In this document: piece by piece, positions 60,495-64,000 of the stretch | Position numbering within the stretch: position 1 is the first letter of the stretch | How the letters are laid out: each line of letters opens with the position of its first letter | Assembly (NCBI GenBank): GCA_902384455.1 | Contig: CABMCB010000071.1 | Location: 96,001 to 160,000, forward strand | From: an uncultured archaeon | GTDB taxonomy: Archaea; Altiarchaeota; Altiarchaeia; IMC4; SCGC-AAA252-I15 | Reading direction: 5' to 3' | DNA length: 64,000 nt | Made by a program: the position numbers and the translations under genes | The notes under the pieces: generated by a model | The model's input: only the letters and a program-made list of their open reading frames with translations | Databases searched by the model: none | Told to the model about the DNA's origin: nothing

Positions 60495-61730
60495 TTATTT
60501 TTTTGTTATTTGTTTGTGTTTGTAGTCGAGGTATTCTAGTGTTTTTATTATTGTTTTGTTGATTGGGTTGTTCCATGTGAGTATTTCGTCTCTTAGTGTG
60601 TTGTAGTCTTGGTGTTGTAGTGTTCTGATTTTTTGTGGGGTTTGCAAGTCTGCGATTAGTAGTAGTAGCAGGAGGTATTTTTTTGGGTCGGTGTGGTCGA
60701 ATAGTTGGTACATTAGTTTTCCGGTTTCTTCTGATTGTGTGAAGAATGATCCTATTGGAGATTTTTTTACGTTTTGTTCGTATGTTTCGAGTTCTTTTTT
60801 GTTTTTTATGTGTTCTACGGTTGTTTTTCCTGCTGTGTCGCCGCAGATTATTGCGGGTAGAATTCCTTCAACAAAGGGTTTGAGGTTTTGGTCTGCGGCG
60901 TCTCCTGTGAGGATTACGTTGCCGTAAACCCACTTTTTGGCGATAGGCTGAGGGTTTACTTTGCCGCCTTTGTTTTCGATTTTGGTTGCGTTTTTGACTT
61001 GGTGTTTCATTTCCGGGATTTCAAGGAATTCTCGGAAGTAGTCTTCCATCGGTTTTTTGGGTTTAGCACACCCTACCCCTATGTTTGCTTTTGATTTACT
61101 TATAGGGAATACGTATGCGTAGCCTGTGTCTGTGAAGTCGCCTACGTATACTTGCTCGAAGTTTGGTGACGCCAGGTTTACGTTGTGCATTTCCCAAGAG
61201 TAGACTTCAGCTATGGTTCCCTCATGTTCGCGGTATTCCCCCAACAGGCGGAGTGTCGTCGAATCGTAGCCATCTGCACCAACGACGACTTTTGGTTCAA
61301 TGTGGATTGTTTTTCCTTCGGAGTTTAAAGTGGCTTTTTTGACTGTGTTGTTATGCCCGACTTCGAAGTCAATCAGGTGCGTGTTCAGCATCAGTTTTGC
61401 CCCAGCGTTTGTTGCTTGTGCAGCCACCCACTTGTCAAAGTGTTTCCTGTTTACGGTGCATCCCTTCCAAAGTATTCCGGTACGCCGTACGATTATGTCT
61501 TCAGCCCAGAATTCTATTCCAGCAGTATCCCAAATGAGTTGTTCCTGCGGAATTTTGAAGGGAAGAAACGGGAAGAAGCATTGTCCTATCCCTTCTGCGC
61601 AGTGCACTGGCGTCCCCAGTTTCGTTCTTTTGTCTACAAAGATAGTTTTGAGTCCGGCCAGAGCGCATGCTCTAGCTGCGGAGGAGCCGGCTGGTCCTGC
61701 GCCAACGACAAGTACGTCGCATTCCATCAA
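60495..61730 (-). CDS. Geranylgeranyl reductase family flavoprotein (divergent paralog)
   Basis: VVGAGPAG, PVHCAEG, GYAYVFP, TGDAA. Confidence 0.9.
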   Translation of the reverse strand: MMECDVLVVGAGPAGSSAARACALAGLKTIFVDKRTKLGTPVHCAEGIGQCFFPFLPFKIPQEQLIWDTAGIEFWAEDIIVRRTGILWKGCTVNRKHFDKWVAAQATNAGAKLMLNTHLIDFEVGHNNTVKKATLNSEGKTIHIEPKVVVGADGYDSTTLRLLGEYREHEGTIAEVYSWEMHNVNLASPNFEQVYVGDFTDTGYAYVFPISKSKANIGVGCAKPKKPMEDYFREFLEIPEMKHQVKNATKIENKGGKVNPQPIAKKWVYGNVILTGDAADQNLKPFVEGILPAIICGDTAGKTTVEHIKNKKELETYEQNVKKSPIGSFFTQSEETGKLMYQLFDHTDPKKYLLLLLLIADLQTPQKIRTLQHQDYNTLRDEILTWNNPINKTIIKTLEYLDYKHKQITKK

Positions 61731-61770
61731 TACACATTAGGTATTTAACTAAAATAAAAAATCAATATAC

Positions 61771-63000
61771 GTGAGGCAATTCTTAAGCGGGGCATGGAGT
61801 ACTCTCTTAGGCGATCGTCAATTGCTTCTACTGTGCATCTCCCTCTTTATCTTCTACTTGGGTGGCGGAGCCGTTCTACTTTTGGTCCCAATTCTTGCGG
61901 AAAAAACCGTCGGCCGGGTTGAGTTTGTCGGTCTAATCATGGCGGTTCCGGCGTTCATTTCACTACTCCTGTCAATTCCTGTCGGGAGTTTATCGGATAG
62001 TTTAGGTAGAAAGAACGTTCTTTTGGCCGGTTTTGCTTCTATGATACTGCCTGGTATATTCCTGTCTATCTCTAACGACGCCTTTCTTTTAGTGGTTGCT
62101 ATGGCGTTTTTAGGTTTAGGTTATGCGTTAATCACTACTTCTTCGCGAGCTTTTGTCATGGACTTTGCTCCACGGGATGGCGCCTCAAAATACTTTAGTT
62201 TTATCAACACAGCATCAAGTCTTGGTACAGCTATTGGACCCTTTCTAGGCGGAATCCTTTTGGTTGGCGGCTTACAGCAGGGTACCCTACTGATAGCATC
62301 TCTTTTTATATTTACTTGCGCCTTTGCAGGGGTAGTATCTCTATCCCTAAGGGAGACCGTGAAAGAAACTACGTCTGTTTCTAAGGGCTTAAAGTTGCTT
62401 AGCAAGGACGGGTTTTACTTTAGAGGATTTGCAGAATACGGTAAACTAAAGTCTATAGGGGGCGTAGTTTTTGGTCTGACCTTTATGTTGACTTTCCTTG
62501 ACCGAGCAGTCTGGACTTTTGAGCCACTGTACTATAATGAAGGAATGAATTCGTACACGGTGGGTCTTATCCTATCCATGTTTATTATTCCCTATATCCT
62601 CTTTGAGATTCCGGGCGGCTTTCTCGCCGATAAATACGGGAAATTTAAGACATTATTTTTAGGTCTATTGGTGGCTGGATTCTCGTTGATATTGTTCGGC
62701 TCAACAAATAGTCCAACTGTTTTGGTTGCGGCGGCTTTTCTATCTACGACTGGTTTGGCCCTTGCGTGGCCGTCAATAAGCGGGTTGCTGTCGGATGAAT
62801 CTGATTCGCATAATAGGGGTCAAATTGTGGGTGTCTGGAATTCATCTGAAAATTTGGGTTTCACGTTGAGTCCTATACTCGGTGGTTTAATCGCGGGCTA
62901 TTATCAAAGCATAAGTAAAGTGTTTACTTTAGTGGGCGTTCTGTTTCTTTTTGCGTGTATTGCGGTTGTTTTGTTCAAGAGGTCAAATAAAATTGTTTAA
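61771..63000 (+). CDS. MFS transporter
   Basis: GSLSDSLGRK and GFLADKYGK motif A; 12 TMs. Confidence 0.92.
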   Translation: MRQFLSGAWSTLLGDRQLLLLCISLFIFYLGGGAVLLLVPILAEKTVGRVEFVGLIMAVPAFISLLLSIPVGSLSDSLGRKNVLLAGFASMILPGIFLSISNDAFLLVVAMAFLGLGYALITTSSRAFVMDFAPRDGASKYFSFINTASSLGTAIGPFLGGILLVGGLQQGTLLIASLFIFTCAFAGVVSLSLRETVKETTSVSKGLKLLSKDGFYFRGFAEYGKLKSIGGVVFGLTFMLTFLDRAVWTFEPLYYNEGMNSYTVGLILSMFIIPYILFEIPGGFLADKYGKFKTLFLGLLVAGFSLILFGSTNSPTVLVAAAFLSTTGLALAWPSISGLLSDESDSHNRGQIVGVWNSSENLGFTLSPILGGLIAGYYQSISKVFTLVGVLFLFACIAVVLFKRSNKIV

Positions 63001-63027
63001 TAACGTAGAGGCAAAACTCATTATATC

Positions 63028-64000
63028 GTGAGATTACTCGGTCTACAGGGTGTTCGGTCGGCAGTTCCTAAACCCCTTCTACTGGTTAGTCTTGCGGCTT
63101 TTTTCTATACTTTGGGTAACGGCGCTGTCTGGTTTGTTTTGCCGATTAAGGCAGAAGCTTTACTGAAAAACCTCATGTTAGTCGGCCTTATTGTTGCAGT
63201 CCCTAATGCAGTCTCTCTTATCTTCGATGCGTCTATCGGGGGGTATTCTGATAGGGTGGGGCGCAAGAAACTGTTTTTTGTAGGTCTTCTTGTTATGGTT
63301 TTTTTGGGTCTTCTTCTTCCGTCCATCTATTCGTTGCCGGCATTCATACTTTTCATGGTCGTGTTTGGCCTTGCTAACCAGTTAATTTTCATTTCTGGCA
63401 GGGCTTATTTGATGGATATTGCTCCTGCTGGCAAGACGTCTAGTTATTTTGGTGTTCAAGAAGCTGCCGCTCAAATTGGGTTTGCCATAGGGCCCGTAGT
63501 CGCCGGAGTCATAGTTGCAGATTCGTTGTCCATCGGAATCCAAAACACCGGTTTACTCTATGCCGCATTGTGTCTGGTGGCTCTGTTTTGCGTATTCCTA
63601 CTGAAAGAAACAGTGAAAACCAACGAATCCCCATTAATCGCAGTAAAGAACCTTATCGAAAAAGACAAAATTCTCCTACGCAGCATACTAGACTTCAAAC
63701 AACTTAAGTCAGCGGGCTTGTTAATTCTGGTGACGACTTTCGTAATAACCTCCGCAGACGGCCTAATTTGGGCTCTTGAGCCGCTCTACGCTAACCGAGG
63801 CGTTGATTCCGCGGCAGTGGGTGTGATTCTTTTCATGTTCGTCCTACCCTACATATTATTTAACGTGCCGTTAGGGCATTTTGCAGACAAGCACGGGAAA
63901 AAGAAACTAATAGTTCTCGGGCTCTTCCTCTCCGGCGTCTTCCTAATCCTCTTCGGCTACTCTGGAAGCGAGTTGACTATGATAGCAACCGCATTCATAG
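63028..64000 (+). CDS. MFS transporter paralog, truncated by window end
   Basis: Manual translation from GTG 63028; GYSDRVGRKK and GHFADKHGKK motifs. Confidence 0.85.
   Translation, partial: MRLLGLQGVRSAVPKPLLLVSLAAFFYTLGNGAVWFVLPIKAEALLKNLMLVGLIVAVPNAVSLIFDASIGGYSDRVGRKKLFFVGLLVMVFLGLLLPSIYSLPAFILFMVVFGLANQLIFISGRAYLMDIAPAGKTSSYFGVQEAAAQIGFAIGPVVAGVIVADSLSIGIQNTGLLYAALCLVALFCVFLLKETVKTNESPLIAVKNLIEKDKILLRSILDFKQLKSAGLLILVTTFVITSADGLIWALEPLYANRGVDSAAVGVILFMFVLPYILFNVPLGHFADKHGKKKLIVLGLFLSGVFLILFGYSGSELTMIATAFI

Overview
Gene-dense 64-kb segment of an archaeal chromosome. Archaeal markers include S8e, Taw1, RibL, ApgM, PdaD, JAMM, two geranylgeranyl reductases and a tRNA without encoded CCA. 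The Cys-rich surface lipoproteins, VirB2-like pilin and retained amino-acid biosynthesis suggest a DPANN/Altiarchaeota-like lineage (inference only). The window holds a MacB/LolDE-type ABC operon, a MarR-EmrAB efflux unit, a copper-export operon, housekeeping genes (thrC, prs, leuA, apgM, pcm, uppP, corA), KaiC/V4R/FIST signalling genes and many modular secreted proteins. I saw no CRISPR array, rRNA, integrase or transposase. The most notable non-coding signals are: (1) a Leu-rich 24-codon uORF with competing hairpins and a U-tract terminator upstream of leuA, a candidate ribosome-coupled attenuator in an archaeon; (2) a ~226-bp hairpin-packed element between 20-bp direct repeats of the tRNA-Lys 3' end; (3) a ~90-nt long hairpin after an orphan small ORF; (4) patchy A/C versus G/T strand-skew domains independent of coding strand.
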